Below, piece by piece: positions 9,810 to 19,604 of a DNA stretch of 64,000 nt. This DNA comes from Spirochaetaceae bacterium. GTDB lineage: Bacteria > Spirochaetota > Spirochaetia > DSM-2461. Location: NCBI GenBank assembly GCA_965224705.1, contig OZ245056.1, positions 2,816,001-2,880,000 on the forward strand, in the 5' to 3' direction. A program made the position numbers and the translations under genes. How positions within the stretch are numbered: position 1 is the stretch's first letter; each line of letters begins with the position of its first letter. A model generated the notes under the pieces. It saw only the letters and a list, made by a program, of their open reading frames with translations. It had not been told where the DNA came from and ran no database searches.

Positions 9810-11528
9810 ATGTATCAATTAAATTATTCGAAAACGGATAAACGGAAATCTGGAGGAAAGCAGTGTTCACAGTTTGCAGTTACGTGGGTCAAAGCCCGCT
9901 CTGCTGTGCTGAACTTTGTTTTGATTCTCCTTCTCGCACTCGCGGGTCCGGCCGCGTTGTTTGCCGGTGGAGATTCGGACAACTCTGCGCTGCCGGAAGC
10001 CCCTCCACCCGAGGACCTGGATCCGAATGTTCCGGGCTGGACACTGGATACATCGCCAGTGCGCTTTAGCTGGTACCTGAATTTTTCCTGGTTCCGGGGA
10101 ATCTGGGGTGAAGACCCTGTTTCACGGTATGTGACGGAAAAAACAGGTGTGGACATCGAATTCATTATTCCCGCAGGGAACGAGGCGGACAAGATTAACA
10201 CGATGATTGCATCGGACAGTTTGCCGGATTTTGTGACAGTGGGCTGGTGGGAACCGCAAGTTAAGGAAATCATCGCGGGGGGAATGGCCTTTCCACTGGA
10301 TGAGCTGGCAAAAAACTACGATCCATACTTTTTCAAAGTCTCAGTACCCGCCCGGGTTGGCTGGTACACTCAGGAGGATGGTCATATCTACTGCTATCCC
10401 AACGCGTCCTATACACCGGATGATTATAAGAAACACGATCTCACCTCGTACCAGACCTTTCTGGTCCGCAAGGATATATATGAAGCTATAGGCAAACCTT
10501 CCATGCGTACTCCCGAAGGGTTTTTAAGTGCCCTGGAAAAGGCAAAAGCCATGTTTCCCGAGGTGAGTGGTCAGCCTCTTATTCCGCTTGGACTGAAGGA
10601 ATTTCTTGATACGGGCAATGACTCGCTTGAGTCCTATCTTATGAATTTCCTAGCCATTCCCATGGAGAAGAATGGCAAGCTCTACGACCGCTATGCGGAT
10701 CCGGAATACAAACGCTGGCTCAATGTGTTCCGCCAGGCCCAGGCTAAGGGGCTTATTGTCAGCGATGTGTATCTGGATCGGCGAAGCCAGATGGAAGAAA
10801 AGATTGCCCAGGGCCGCTACTTCGCCATGTTTTATCAGCATACCGACATGATCGACGCCCAGGCCCTTCGCTATGCGGAGGACCCCAACTCCATCTACAT
10901 GGCCGTCGACGGACCGGCCAATGCCCGGATGGATCCGCCGCAGCTTGCGGGGCAGGGCATTGCGGGCTGGACTGTAACCTTTATTTCCAAAAAGGCCAAA
11001 AGACCGGATAGGGCCATACGCTTCATGAGTTACCTGATGAGCGAAGAAGGTCAGCGGGATCTGTATCTGGGAATAAAAGGTTTAACCTGGGATGTCGTTG
11101 ACGGCAAGGAAGGCTTCCTCCCCGAGGTGCAGGAGCTTTTGACTGCCGATAGGACGGCGTTTGACAGGCAGTACGGCGCTTCCGTGAAATACTGGATGCT
11201 CATGGACAACGCCATGTTCGCTCAGTGGGAAGGCGAGCCGGTTAGTCCCTACAAGGAACTCAGTGAATGGACAAAACCCTACACCCGCAGCTATGCGATG
11301 TATGACAACACGGACCCGCAGCCTTTTGAACCCGAAGGGATAATCGGTGCTAAGCTGACGAGCCTGTTTGGGAAATATCTTCCAAAACTGCTCAAGGCCG
11401 AAAGCGAAGCCGAGTACAATGCGTTGTGGGATGAACTGCAAACCGAACGGAAAAAGATTGGATTGGACAAGCTGATGGCCTACAAGCAGGAAAGAATGGA
11501 TGCCAATAAGAAAAAAATGGGCCTTTAA
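9810..11528 (+). CDS. Carbohydrate ABC transporter substrate-binding protein (LplA-like)
   Basis: EKTGVDIEF, NTMIASDSLPD, follows two permeases; signal peptide ending ALFAGG; AAGGAG RBS. Confidence 0.88.
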   Translation: MYQLNYSKTDKRKSGGKQCSQFAVTWVKARSAVLNFVLILLLALAGPAALFAGGDSDNSALPEAPPPEDLDPNVPGWTLDTSPVRFSWYLNFSWFRGIWGEDPVSRYVTEKTGVDIEFIIPAGNEADKINTMIASDSLPDFVTVGWWEPQVKEIIAGGMAFPLDELAKNYDPYFFKVSVPARVGWYTQEDGHIYCYPNASYTPDDYKKHDLTSYQTFLVRKDIYEAIGKPSMRTPEGFLSALEKAKAMFPEVSGQPLIPLGLKEFLDTGNDSLESYLMNFLAIPMEKNGKLYDRYADPEYKRWLNVFRQAQAKGLIVSDVYLDRRSQMEEKIAQGRYFAMFYQHTDMIDAQALRYAEDPNSIYMAVDGPANARMDPPQLAGQGIAGWTVTFISKKAKRPDRAIRFMSYLMSEEGQRDLYLGIKGLTWDVVDGKEGFLPEVQELLTADRTAFDRQYGASVKYWMLMDNAMFAQWEGEPVSPYKELSEWTKPYTRSYAMYDNTDPQPFEPEGIIGAKLTSLFGKYLPKLLKAESEAEYNALWDELQTERKKIGLDKLMAYKQERMDANKKKMGL

Positions 11529-12408
11529 TAGCCGAATTCCATTCCGGCGCCAGCTTCTCAGCAGATGGTGGAATGCCCGAAAAAACAGGAAAGCGCGAAC
11601 CTTCCATGGCATTGTCATGGTTGGAATGGCACTTACGGTTCTAAGCGCGTGCCCTCTAGGCCCAGATTTCGATAATCTGATCTGGAGCGATGAGTTTAAC
11701 GGCATGTCCATCGATGGGACCAAATGGACCTACGATCTGGGCACGGGCGCGGATAAGGGACTCAATGGCTGGGGTAACAATGAATTGCAGTACTACACCA
11801 ACCGCTCCGAAAATGCCCGTATTGAAGATATTCCCGGCGGCGGACGCGCCCTGGTTATAGAAGCCCTTAAGGAGAGCTACCAGGGCAGCGATTACACCTC
11901 TGCCCGGCTTCTTACCCAGGGTCTCCAGGACTGGACTTACGGACGCATTGAGGCGCGTATAAAACTGCCCATAGGGAAGGGTATATGGCCGGCCTTCTGG
12001 ATGCTGGGAAGCAATATTTCAACAAATCCATGGCCCGAATGCGGGGAAATCGATATTATGGAATACCTTGGGCAGGAGCCGTCCAGAGTTCACGGCACCA
12101 TTCACTATGGCAATCCTCATGCGTATGAGGGAGCTTCATACAATCTGCCAGATGGCAACTTTTCCGACGATTTTCATGTATTCGGCATCGTTTGGAGCAA
12201 GGGTGAAATCCGCTGGACCGTGGATGGGGAAGCCTATCAGGTCAAGCGGGATTGGTCATCTTCCCTTGGTGATTTTCCCGCGCCGTTTGACCGGCCATTC
12301 TTTATATTGCTCAATCTGGCGGTGGGCGGAAACTGGCCGGGATATCCGGATAGCAGTACGACATTCCCGCAGAAGATGTATGTGGATTGGGTGCGGGTTT
12401 ATCAGTAG
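11500..12408 (+). CDS. GH16 endo-beta-1,3-glucanase (laminarinase) lipoprotein; exact start uncertain
   Basis: LIWSDEF, WGNNELQYY, GIWPAFWMLG, catalytic GEIDIMEY, LLNLAVGG, MYVDWVRVYQ; lipobox VLSAC. Confidence 0.9.
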   Translation: MPIRKKWAFNSRIPFRRQLLSRWWNARKNRKARTFHGIVMVGMALTVLSACPLGPDFDNLIWSDEFNGMSIDGTKWTYDLGTGADKGLNGWGNNELQYYTNRSENARIEDIPGGGRALVIEALKESYQGSDYTSARLLTQGLQDWTYGRIEARIKLPIGKGIWPAFWMLGSNISTNPWPECGEIDIMEYLGQEPSRVHGTIHYGNPHAYEGASYNLPDGNFSDDFHVFGIVWSKGEIRWTVDGEAYQVKRDWSSSLGDFPAPFDRPFFILLNLAVGGNWPGYPDSSTTFPQKMYVDWVRVYQ

Positions 12409-12438
12409 CTGACAGGATGCATAACAGGTTATGATTCA

Positions 12439-14037
12439 ATGATTAAAAAATTCGGCGGCAATGCCGTTCTGGCAGGTCTATGTATCCTGCTCTCAGTGGC
12501 GTGTTCATTTTTGCCTTCCGGGGAAGCGGAAAACGATGGTGTCACTCTAACCTATACGGTGACGTACAATGCCAACGGTGCTGACAGCGGTACCCTGTCA
12601 AAATCCACGGAAGTACTGAATTCGGGCGAAACAGTTTCCACTCCACCCACGGGTATCAGCAGAGCCGGATACACACTTTCCGGATGGAACACAAAAGCGG
12701 ATGAAAGCGGTGAAGCGTTTCTATTCGGAACCACAGCGGTAAGCAGCGATTTGACACTTTTCGCCCAATGGGTAAAGATAGCTTCCTTTTCCAGTACCAT
12801 CTTCGACAATGCACTGAAGGATGGTTTTACAGCAAAGATAGAAACCAATAAGGGGACAAGGGACGCAAGTTTGGATACGGCAGTCGATGCCGGTTCCACT
12901 GCGGGCGGGAGTTCCATCAAAATTGACTTGTCGGCAGATAGCAGCTGGGGCGGCGGCTATATCCAGGATTCAAACGGCGTGGACCTATCCGATAGCACGG
13001 AACTTTCATTTGCGCTCAATACGAGTCGGCTGGATACTTCGGTGGACTACATTGAATTCAAACTCGAGGACTCTGATGGCCAGGCGAAATCTGTCAATGT
13101 ATTCGATTTAACACTGTCTGAAACCAATGGTGAATGGAAAACCTATACCGTCGATTTAACCCAGTTTTCCAACCTGAACTTCTCCCGGTTCAAGGCTATT
13201 GGTCTATGGCATCCTAAGGCGGGTGGTTCAGGAGGGGTTTACAGGCCCGGAACCTTTTTCATCGATGATATAGAATTCACCGGCACGGTAACCCCTTCTA
13301 CGAACCTTGTATGGAGCGATGAGTTTAACGGAACGGATATAGACAGGAACAACTGGATTTACGACCTGGGTACGGGCGCGGAGAAGGGACTCAACGGCTG
13401 GGGCAACAATGAGTGGCAGTACTACACCGACCGCCCCGAAAATGCCCGTATTGAGGATGTGCCCGGCGGCGGACGCGCCCTGGTTATAGAAGCCCGTAAG
13501 GAGGGTTATCAGGGCAGCGATTACACCTCTGCCCGGCTTCTTACCCAGGGACTCCGGGACTGGACTTACGGACGCATTGAGGCACGTATAAAACTGCCCA
13601 TCGGGCAGGGAATATGGCCGGCCTTCTGGATGCTGGGAAGCAATATTTCGACAAATCCATGGCCCGAATGCGGGGAAATCGATATTATGGAATACCTTGG
13701 GCATGAGCCGTCCAGAGTTCACGGCACCATTCACTATGGCAGGCCTCATGCGTATGAGGGGGATTCATACAGTCTGCCAGATGGCAATTTTTCCGACGAT
13801 TTTCATGTATTCGGCATAGTTTGGAGCCAGGGTGAAATCCGCTGGACAGTGGATGGGGAAACCTATCTAACCAAGCGGAATTGGTCATCTTCCCTTGATG
13901 ATTTTCCTGCGCCGTTCGACCGGCCATTTTTTATATTGCTTAACCTGGCGGTGGGCGGAACATGGCCGGGGTATCCGGATAGCAGTACCGCATTCCCGCA
14001 GAAGATGTATGTGGACTGGGTTCGGGTTTATCAGTAG
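12439..14037 (+). CDS. Multidomain GH16 laminarinase lipoprotein (InlB B-repeat + CBM-like + GH16)
   Basis: Lipobox LSVAC; InlB repeat; CBM-like module ending FFIDDIEF; GH16 with EIDIME. Confidence 0.9.
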   Translation: MIKKFGGNAVLAGLCILLSVACSFLPSGEAENDGVTLTYTVTYNANGADSGTLSKSTEVLNSGETVSTPPTGISRAGYTLSGWNTKADESGEAFLFGTTAVSSDLTLFAQWVKIASFSSTIFDNALKDGFTAKIETNKGTRDASLDTAVDAGSTAGGSSIKIDLSADSSWGGGYIQDSNGVDLSDSTELSFALNTSRLDTSVDYIEFKLEDSDGQAKSVNVFDLTLSETNGEWKTYTVDLTQFSNLNFSRFKAIGLWHPKAGGSGGVYRPGTFFIDDIEFTGTVTPSTNLVWSDEFNGTDIDRNNWIYDLGTGAEKGLNGWGNNEWQYYTDRPENARIEDVPGGGRALVIEARKEGYQGSDYTSARLLTQGLRDWTYGRIEARIKLPIGQGIWPAFWMLGSNISTNPWPECGEIDIMEYLGHEPSRVHGTIHYGRPHAYEGDSYSLPDGNFSDDFHVFGIVWSQGEIRWTVDGETYLTKRNWSSSLDDFPAPFDRPFFILLNLAVGGTWPGYPDSSTAFPQKMYVDWVRVYQ

Positions 14038-14064
14038 AGATCTCTGACGAAAAACAGGCAGTTT

Positions 14065-17000
14065 ATGAGATATACCATAGAGAATTACCATCTTAAGCCT
14101 CCATTTGCCAGTTTCCTACCCGGTATTGCCGGGCCGGACGGCACGCCAATGTGGTGCTTTTACGTTAACAGAGGACAGGGAGTGGCGAGTTTTGGTCATA
14201 CCGACAAGAATCATCCAATCCTTGAATTCAAACCGGCCGATCAGGCATACCGGGATACAAGCAAGCTGGGGTTTCGTACATTCCTGAAGCAGAACGGAGA
14301 GTTCTGGGAACCCTTTGCCGACGGAATTGACGATTCCACTCCTGTACGGCACCTTTCGGTTGGCTGCTCGGGATTTCATATTATTGAAGACAATGGAAGG
14401 CTCCGAATAAAAGTGAGTTATGCCACCGTACCGGGCGAAATCTATCCAGGCCTTCTGCGGCATCTGGAGATAGTCAATACAACCTCCCGGTCATCGAATC
14501 TTGAACTGCTCGACGGGCTGCCAAGAATAACACCCCGCGGCATCAATGATGCTGCTCTGAAATCCATGAGTTATACTGCAGCAGCCTGGATAGAAACCAG
14601 CCTGACAAGTCCAGAACTGCCTCTCTTTCGTACTCGTGCCAGCATGGAGGATACTGTTGAGATACATCCGGTGGAAGGCTGTCATTTCATGGCGGCTGTT
14701 GCCCGGCTGGGAGGTACCGACAGGGTGCTGCAGCCCCTGGTGGATGCTGAAATGGTTTTTGGAAATAATCTCTCCTTTGATTTTCCAGACCGCTTCCAGA
14801 AGGGCGGACTGGCTGAGGTAAGGGTCAATAAACCGGTACTCCTGGGCCGTTATCCAGCAGCCTTCGCCGGTCTATCAACAACCTTGCAGCCAGATGAAAA
14901 GATTGATCTATACACGATTTACGGATATGCCGCCAATCCCCAAATCACGAAAAACTCCCGGCATGACTGGCAGTCAAGCCGGTGGTTTACGGATAAATTC
15001 GATGAATATGAGAAACGGATCGACGAATGCATCGCACCGTTTCTTATGCATACCGCCATGCCCGGCCTGGACGCCTACACCGCCCAAACTGCTCTGGACA
15101 ACACCCTGCGAGGCGGCAGGCCAATTGTATGGAGTAAGGGCGATACTGCCCGAACCTACTATCTGTACAGCCGCAGGCATGGTGATATGGAGAGGGACTA
15201 TAACGATTTTTCCCTCCTCCCAACCCGATACTCAACAGGATGCGGCAACTACCGGGACATGAATCAGAACCGCCGCATTGACATTACCTTACAGCCTGAG
15301 ATGAACACGGCGGCAATCCGGCAGTTCATGGATCTCATTCAACCCGATGGTTACAATCCCCTGATTGTCGGTGGAGGCGGTTTTCGACTGAATGATGCGG
15401 CCAATGCCGAAATCCTCGACCAGTTTCCCGGCCTGAAAATCCCACAGAACGGCATTTTCACTCCCGCTGATCTTGCCAATGCCAACATTCCTCCGCAGGA
15501 CTTCCCAACCATTCTAAGTGCAGCGGAATATGTTCCCGAGGCCTTTTTCGGTGAGGGGTACTGGGTAGATCACTGGACCTACAATCTTGATCTCATTGAT
15601 CAATACCTGCGAATCTATCCGGATCGGGCAGAAGAACTGCTGTTTGATTGTGCTGATTACCGCTGGTATGAGACTCCCGGGATACGTATTCGTCCATTGG
15701 ATGAACGCTTCAGATACGTCAATGAGAAGATTGCTGCCGAGAGTCATCTGGTGGAAGGAACACATGAAGGCCGGTTCCTTGAGCACCATTCCATCCTGAT
15801 GGAGAAACTCATCACTCTGGCTCTGGTAAAGTGCTCTGCTCTAGGTTATGAGGGGAGGGGCCTGGAGATGGAGGCCGGTCGACCTGGCTGGTATGATGCT
15901 CTCAACGGCCTCCCCGGGCATTTTGGATCTTCCCTGAGTGATGGCGCAGAGCTGCTGCGTCTTTTGCGCATGATACTGTCCCATGCCGGGCATCGCCGGG
16001 AGCAGCCTATTACCTTGTTCAGTGCCGCCTGGACCCTTCTTGATGATTTGAAGGCCATTGCACTGCTCTCAGACCAGCATGAACGCTGGCTGACTCGACG
16101 GCGAGCCTGCGACAGGTACCGGACATCTTTGGCGGCTGGAGGAGTCACCAGAGAACCAGAAGTGAGAAAAGGTTCCCTGGATGAGGTGATGGACTTCCTG
16201 AACACCGAGAAGTGCCGTCTGGGTGAGGCATTAACTGCTGCAGCAGCCGAAAATGACGGACTGTTGCCCACCTATTACCGCTTTGAACCAACATCCTGGA
16301 ATCCCGGGACAAATGGATATGTACTGCCTGGCCGGATGAAACGAAGTACCCTGCCGCTCTTCCTGGAGGGGGTGGTGAAACAGATAAAGATTACCTCATC
16401 ATTGAAAGAGAAGATCCTGATCCATGAAAAGGTGAAAAAAAGTCCCTTATACGATACGAAGATAGGCATGTATGTCCTGAATGTGCCCCTGGATGATCAG
16501 CCTGCTTCTCTGGGACGGGCCATGGCCTTTCCTGGCGGGTGGCTTGAAAATGGTTCGGTATGGCTCCACATGGAATACAAATACCTCCTTGAACTGCTGC
16601 ATATTGGCGATGGAGAACTCTTCTGGACCGAGGCACAGCAGGTTTTGATACCCTTTCTTGATACCGGGCGCTATGGCCGCAGCCCGTATGAAAACAGTTC
16701 CTTCATCGCTTCCAGCTGCTACCCAGTGGAGGAATTTCATGGGCGCGGTTTCATTGGACGCCTCTCCGGTGCGACGGCGGAATATCTCACGATGTGGTCG
16801 GAATTCATCCTTGGTCGGCGGCCCATCGTCATGGAATCGGGTCAAACTGTGTTTCGGCCTGCACCTCTTCTACCCGCTGCCCTGTTTCGAGGGGATAACT
16901 GTCTGGAATTCATGCTGTTCAGTACCGTGCATGTGTGCTATGAGAATCCTGACAGGATAGATCTTTTTGAAGGGAAGTACTGTATTAATTCAATAAGCAT

Positions 17001-17136
17001 AACAGAAAATGATACGACTCGGCAGTATGCGGATTGCCTGCCGACCGATGAACTGGAGAATTTGAGGCAGGGCAAAATCTCCAGTATGCGTGTAGTATTC
17101 TTCCGCATGCAAGGCGTCAGTCCGACAGACTCCTAA
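14065..17136 (+). CDS. GH161-like beta-1,3-glucan phosphorylase
   Basis: N-terminal PFASFLPGIAGxxGxPMWxFYVNRGQ, YSRRHGDMERDYN, GNYRDMNQNRR, GYWVDHWTYNLD, MEAGRPGWYDALNGLPG, GWLENGSVWLHMEYKY; 1023 aa; no signal peptide. Confidence 0.82.
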   Translation: MRYTIENYHLKPPFASFLPGIAGPDGTPMWCFYVNRGQGVASFGHTDKNHPILEFKPADQAYRDTSKLGFRTFLKQNGEFWEPFADGIDDSTPVRHLSVGCSGFHIIEDNGRLRIKVSYATVPGEIYPGLLRHLEIVNTTSRSSNLELLDGLPRITPRGINDAALKSMSYTAAAWIETSLTSPELPLFRTRASMEDTVEIHPVEGCHFMAAVARLGGTDRVLQPLVDAEMVFGNNLSFDFPDRFQKGGLAEVRVNKPVLLGRYPAAFAGLSTTLQPDEKIDLYTIYGYAANPQITKNSRHDWQSSRWFTDKFDEYEKRIDECIAPFLMHTAMPGLDAYTAQTALDNTLRGGRPIVWSKGDTARTYYLYSRRHGDMERDYNDFSLLPTRYSTGCGNYRDMNQNRRIDITLQPEMNTAAIRQFMDLIQPDGYNPLIVGGGGFRLNDAANAEILDQFPGLKIPQNGIFTPADLANANIPPQDFPTILSAAEYVPEAFFGEGYWVDHWTYNLDLIDQYLRIYPDRAEELLFDCADYRWYETPGIRIRPLDERFRYVNEKIAAESHLVEGTHEGRFLEHHSILMEKLITLALVKCSALGYEGRGLEMEAGRPGWYDALNGLPGHFGSSLSDGAELLRLLRMILSHAGHRREQPITLFSAAWTLLDDLKAIALLSDQHERWLTRRRACDRYRTSLAAGGVTREPEVRKGSLDEVMDFLNTEKCRLGEALTAAAAENDGLLPTYYRFEPTSWNPGTNGYVLPGRMKRSTLPLFLEGVVKQIKITSSLKEKILIHEKVKKSPLYDTKIGMYVLNVPLDDQPASLGRAMAFPGGWLENGSVWLHMEYKYLLELLHIGDGELFWTEAQQVLIPFLDTGRYGRSPYENSSFIASSCYPVEEFHGRGFIGRLSGATAEYLTMWSEFILGRRPIVMESGQTVFRPAPLLPAALFRGDNCLEFMLFSTVHVCYENPDRIDLFEGKYCINSISITENDTTRQYADCLPTDELENLRQGKISSMRVVFFRMQGVSPTDS
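17118..17133. repeat. Solo terminal inverted repeat of the MITE family
   Basis: cagtccgacagactcc is the reverse complement of ggagtctgtcggactg and matches the MITE end at 19294. Confidence 0.7.
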
Positions 17137-18833
17137 CTAAAATTATACTCCGTTACTATGGGTTCCCGATTCTGCACTCTGTCATGAAAGTACTCAAAGA
17201 ACGACAATCCCAGGAAGCCAGCCGCAATGTTGTATGCGTCAATTCCATAATGCCTCAGCAATTTCACCGCATTGTAACTGCGCTGCCCGCTCCGGCAGTG
17301 AACATACACCGTCTTGACTCTGGAAAATTCTCCAATGCGTTGACGTATTTCGCTTAGCGGAATGTTCACAGCTTTTTTTATGTGACCAGATTCCCACTCA
17401 TGTTTTTCGCGGACATCCACGATAACAGCACCGTCGGCGACCAGATCGCGTACCTGACTGCAATCGACCTGACGGAAGTCTCCGGCCAACAGGTTGGAAG
17501 CAACATATCCGGCCATATTGGTAATGTCTTTGACTGTGGAAAATGGCGGTGCATAGGTCAGTTCCAGATCCTGCAGGTCGTGAATTGTTCCATTCATTTT
17601 TATAAGCGTGGCGATTACATCTATACGCTTGGTGACTTCACACTTCCCAATGGCCTGAGCACCCAGAATTTTTCCAGACGGTCTTTCGTAGAGGAGTTTG
17701 AAATGCAGGGGCTGTGAACCGGGCATTATGCTCACCTTATCCTGGGGGATGATTTTGACAACGGAATACTGGAGATTGGGGAGATCTTTTTTCAGGAAAT
17801 TCTCTGTTAGTCCGGTGCAGGCGACATTGTAGTCAAAGATCTGGATGCAGAATGAATGAATAAATCCATTGTTGGTGACTTTCCGTCCATAAATGTGATT
17901 GGCCACATTGCGGGCTGCTTTCTGCGCAGGTCCGGCCAGGGGCAGTCTGATATATCTGTGCAAAATCCGGGAATAGACCTCAACCGCATCACCTGCCGCA
18001 TATATACAGGGATCGTTTGTAAGGCCATTGGAATCCACCCGGATGGCACCGGATTCTCCAATTTCAATACCGGCTTTTTCGGCAAATTCTATAGCCGGTT
18101 TAACACCCGCCGCCAGAACCAGGGCATCGGCGGGTATGCGTTTACCATTCGAAAGCTCCAGCATACCAGTGGAAATTCTTTCCAGTCTGGTACCCAGATG
18201 CATGTCTATGTCCCTGTCCAGCAGCTCTTTGTGTAGAATCTGCACCATATCGGCATCAAGAAGAGGCAGAACATCATCTAAAACCTCTATAAGGGAAACG
18301 TTGAATCCGGCTTTCTTAAGATTTTCAACTACTTCCAGGCCGATAAAACCGGCACCAAGTACGGCAATGTTTTTGACATTGTTGCCGGGTTCCTGAATGT
18401 ATTCATGCAAAGAAGCTGTAGTGACAACATTTTTTACTACGAAGTGAGGAATGGTATCCAGGCCGGGAATGGGAGGAACAACCACATCGGCACCGGGGGT
18501 CAGAATCAGATAATCATAGGCTTCTTCATACTCACTCCGATCTCCGGATTTCACCCTGACTTTTTTGTTTTTCCGGTCAATCTCCACAACCTCACTGTTG
18601 ACCCGGGCATCAATATTGTACCGATTCTTGAAAGTGGCCGGGGTCATCAGAACAAGTTTGTCTTTATGCGGAACATCCCCCGATAACAGATACGGCAGAC
18701 CGCAGTTAGAAAAAGATACATGATTGTCCCGTTCAAAGACAACAATCACAGCTTCCTCATCCAATCGCCTCAATCGGGCGGCGGTGGAAGCTCCGCCAGC
18801 TACTCCGCCCACAATAACATATTTTTTAGCCAT
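17133..18833 (-). CDS. cdr: CoA-disulfide reductase / NADH oxidase family FAD-dependent oxidoreductase with C-terminal rhodanese domain
   Basis: GGVAGGAS FAD motif, SFSNCGLPY redox Cys, GAGFIGLE, YAPPF, rhodanese VHCRSGQRS. Confidence 0.85.
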   Translation of the reverse strand: MAKKYVIVGGVAGGASTAARLRRLDEEAVIVVFERDNHVSFSNCGLPYLLSGDVPHKDKLVLMTPATFKNRYNIDARVNSEVVEIDRKNKKVRVKSGDRSEYEEAYDYLILTPGADVVVPPIPGLDTIPHFVVKNVVTTASLHEYIQEPGNNVKNIAVLGAGFIGLEVVENLKKAGFNVSLIEVLDDVLPLLDADMVQILHKELLDRDIDMHLGTRLERISTGMLELSNGKRIPADALVLAAGVKPAIEFAEKAGIEIGESGAIRVDSNGLTNDPCIYAAGDAVEVYSRILHRYIRLPLAGPAQKAARNVANHIYGRKVTNNGFIHSFCIQIFDYNVACTGLTENFLKKDLPNLQYSVVKIIPQDKVSIMPGSQPLHFKLLYERPSGKILGAQAIGKCEVTKRIDVIATLIKMNGTIHDLQDLELTYAPPFSTVKDITNMAGYVASNLLAGDFRQVDCSQVRDLVADGAVIVDVREKHEWESGHIKKAVNIPLSEIRQRIGEFSRVKTVYVHCRSGQRSYNAVKLLRHYGIDAYNIAAGFLGLSFFEYFHDRVQNREPIVTEYNFS

Positions 18834-19291
18834 ACACCTTCCTCAGAATGAATTGTATTGATCCGTTTTATGCGAATCAGCAATCTGTCCTTACGACACG
18901 CAGGCAGGGAAAGATGTCCGGATAGTCCGAATCCGATTCGCCGGACAGATTGTGTCATGGTAACGTTTTTGTAGTTTTTCTTCAATGGTATTTCTTTGAA
19001 ATTAATATAAGTTAACTTTTATGCTCTCCAGGTGTCAGGAAGCTTGTAGATGTTTGCCTGCATTGTATTTGGGGAAGGTGAAGTTTTTTGCTTGATATAG
19101 CTGTTCTTATACTGTTAATGGTCATAATTTGCTGCAAAATCGCTTTGAGCTTTGAAAACTCATGCCGATCGAAATCATTTGTAATTGCTTTACTCATAAT
19201 ATATTATATTTTTAAGACTGTCTCCATTTCATCTCTACAAGCTTTCGAACACTCAAAGCGGTTTTTGTCGGGTAATTAAATACATCGATTT

Positions 19292-19458
19292 CAGGAGTCT
19301 GTCGGACTTTAAGGATTCAAGGCGATTTTTGATGATTTTTTCCCGATACAAGGCGGCAAAAGCGGAGCGTAGCTGGGCTCCGTGAGCATTTTGACAACGC
19401 GGTAGCGGGAAAAAAGGGAAAAAAACGAGCCGTGAGGCGTAAGTCCAACAGGCTCCTG
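19292..19458. mobile_element. 167-bp non-autonomous element (MITE), copy 1
   Basis: Ends caggagtctgtcggactt / aagtccaacaggctcctg form an 18-bp IR with 2 mismatches; near-identical copy at 28693-28859. Confidence 0.85.
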
Positions 19459-19538
19459 GTTGGGCGCTGACAGAAAAGAGAACCAGGAAGAACTCCCCAC
19501 AACTCCCTCTTTCGGCTGCCCCAAAGGCTCTTTTTTGC

Positions 19539-19567
19539 TTTACGCATTACCTCATTTGGATTATAAT
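19539..19567 (+). promoter_or_regulatory. Putative sigma70 promoter of the four-lipoprotein operon
   Basis: TTTACG-17 nt-TATAAT, followed by AAGGAG RBS at ~19594. Confidence 0.5.
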
Positions 19568-19604
19568 CAAGTAAGCAATGGATAGCTTTTAGTAAGGAGA
19601 ATGA

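Noticed and set aside
8892..9818. 308-aa antisense ORF, and similar long shadows (4046-4705, 5504-6193, 11082-11723, 26634-27323, 29361-29987, 34147-34758, 53032-53664)
   Set aside because: They lie opposite well-supported genes and show no recognisable motifs
11673..14037. GH16 duplicate pair as a diversity-generating retroelement template/variable repeat
   Set aside because: No reverse transcriptase in the window; differences are not adenine-specific (many C/T synonymous changes) and both copies are intact genes
19391..19396. TTGACA inside the MITE as an outward promoter
   Set aside because: No -10 hexamer at suitable spacing; a better promoter lies at 19539-19567
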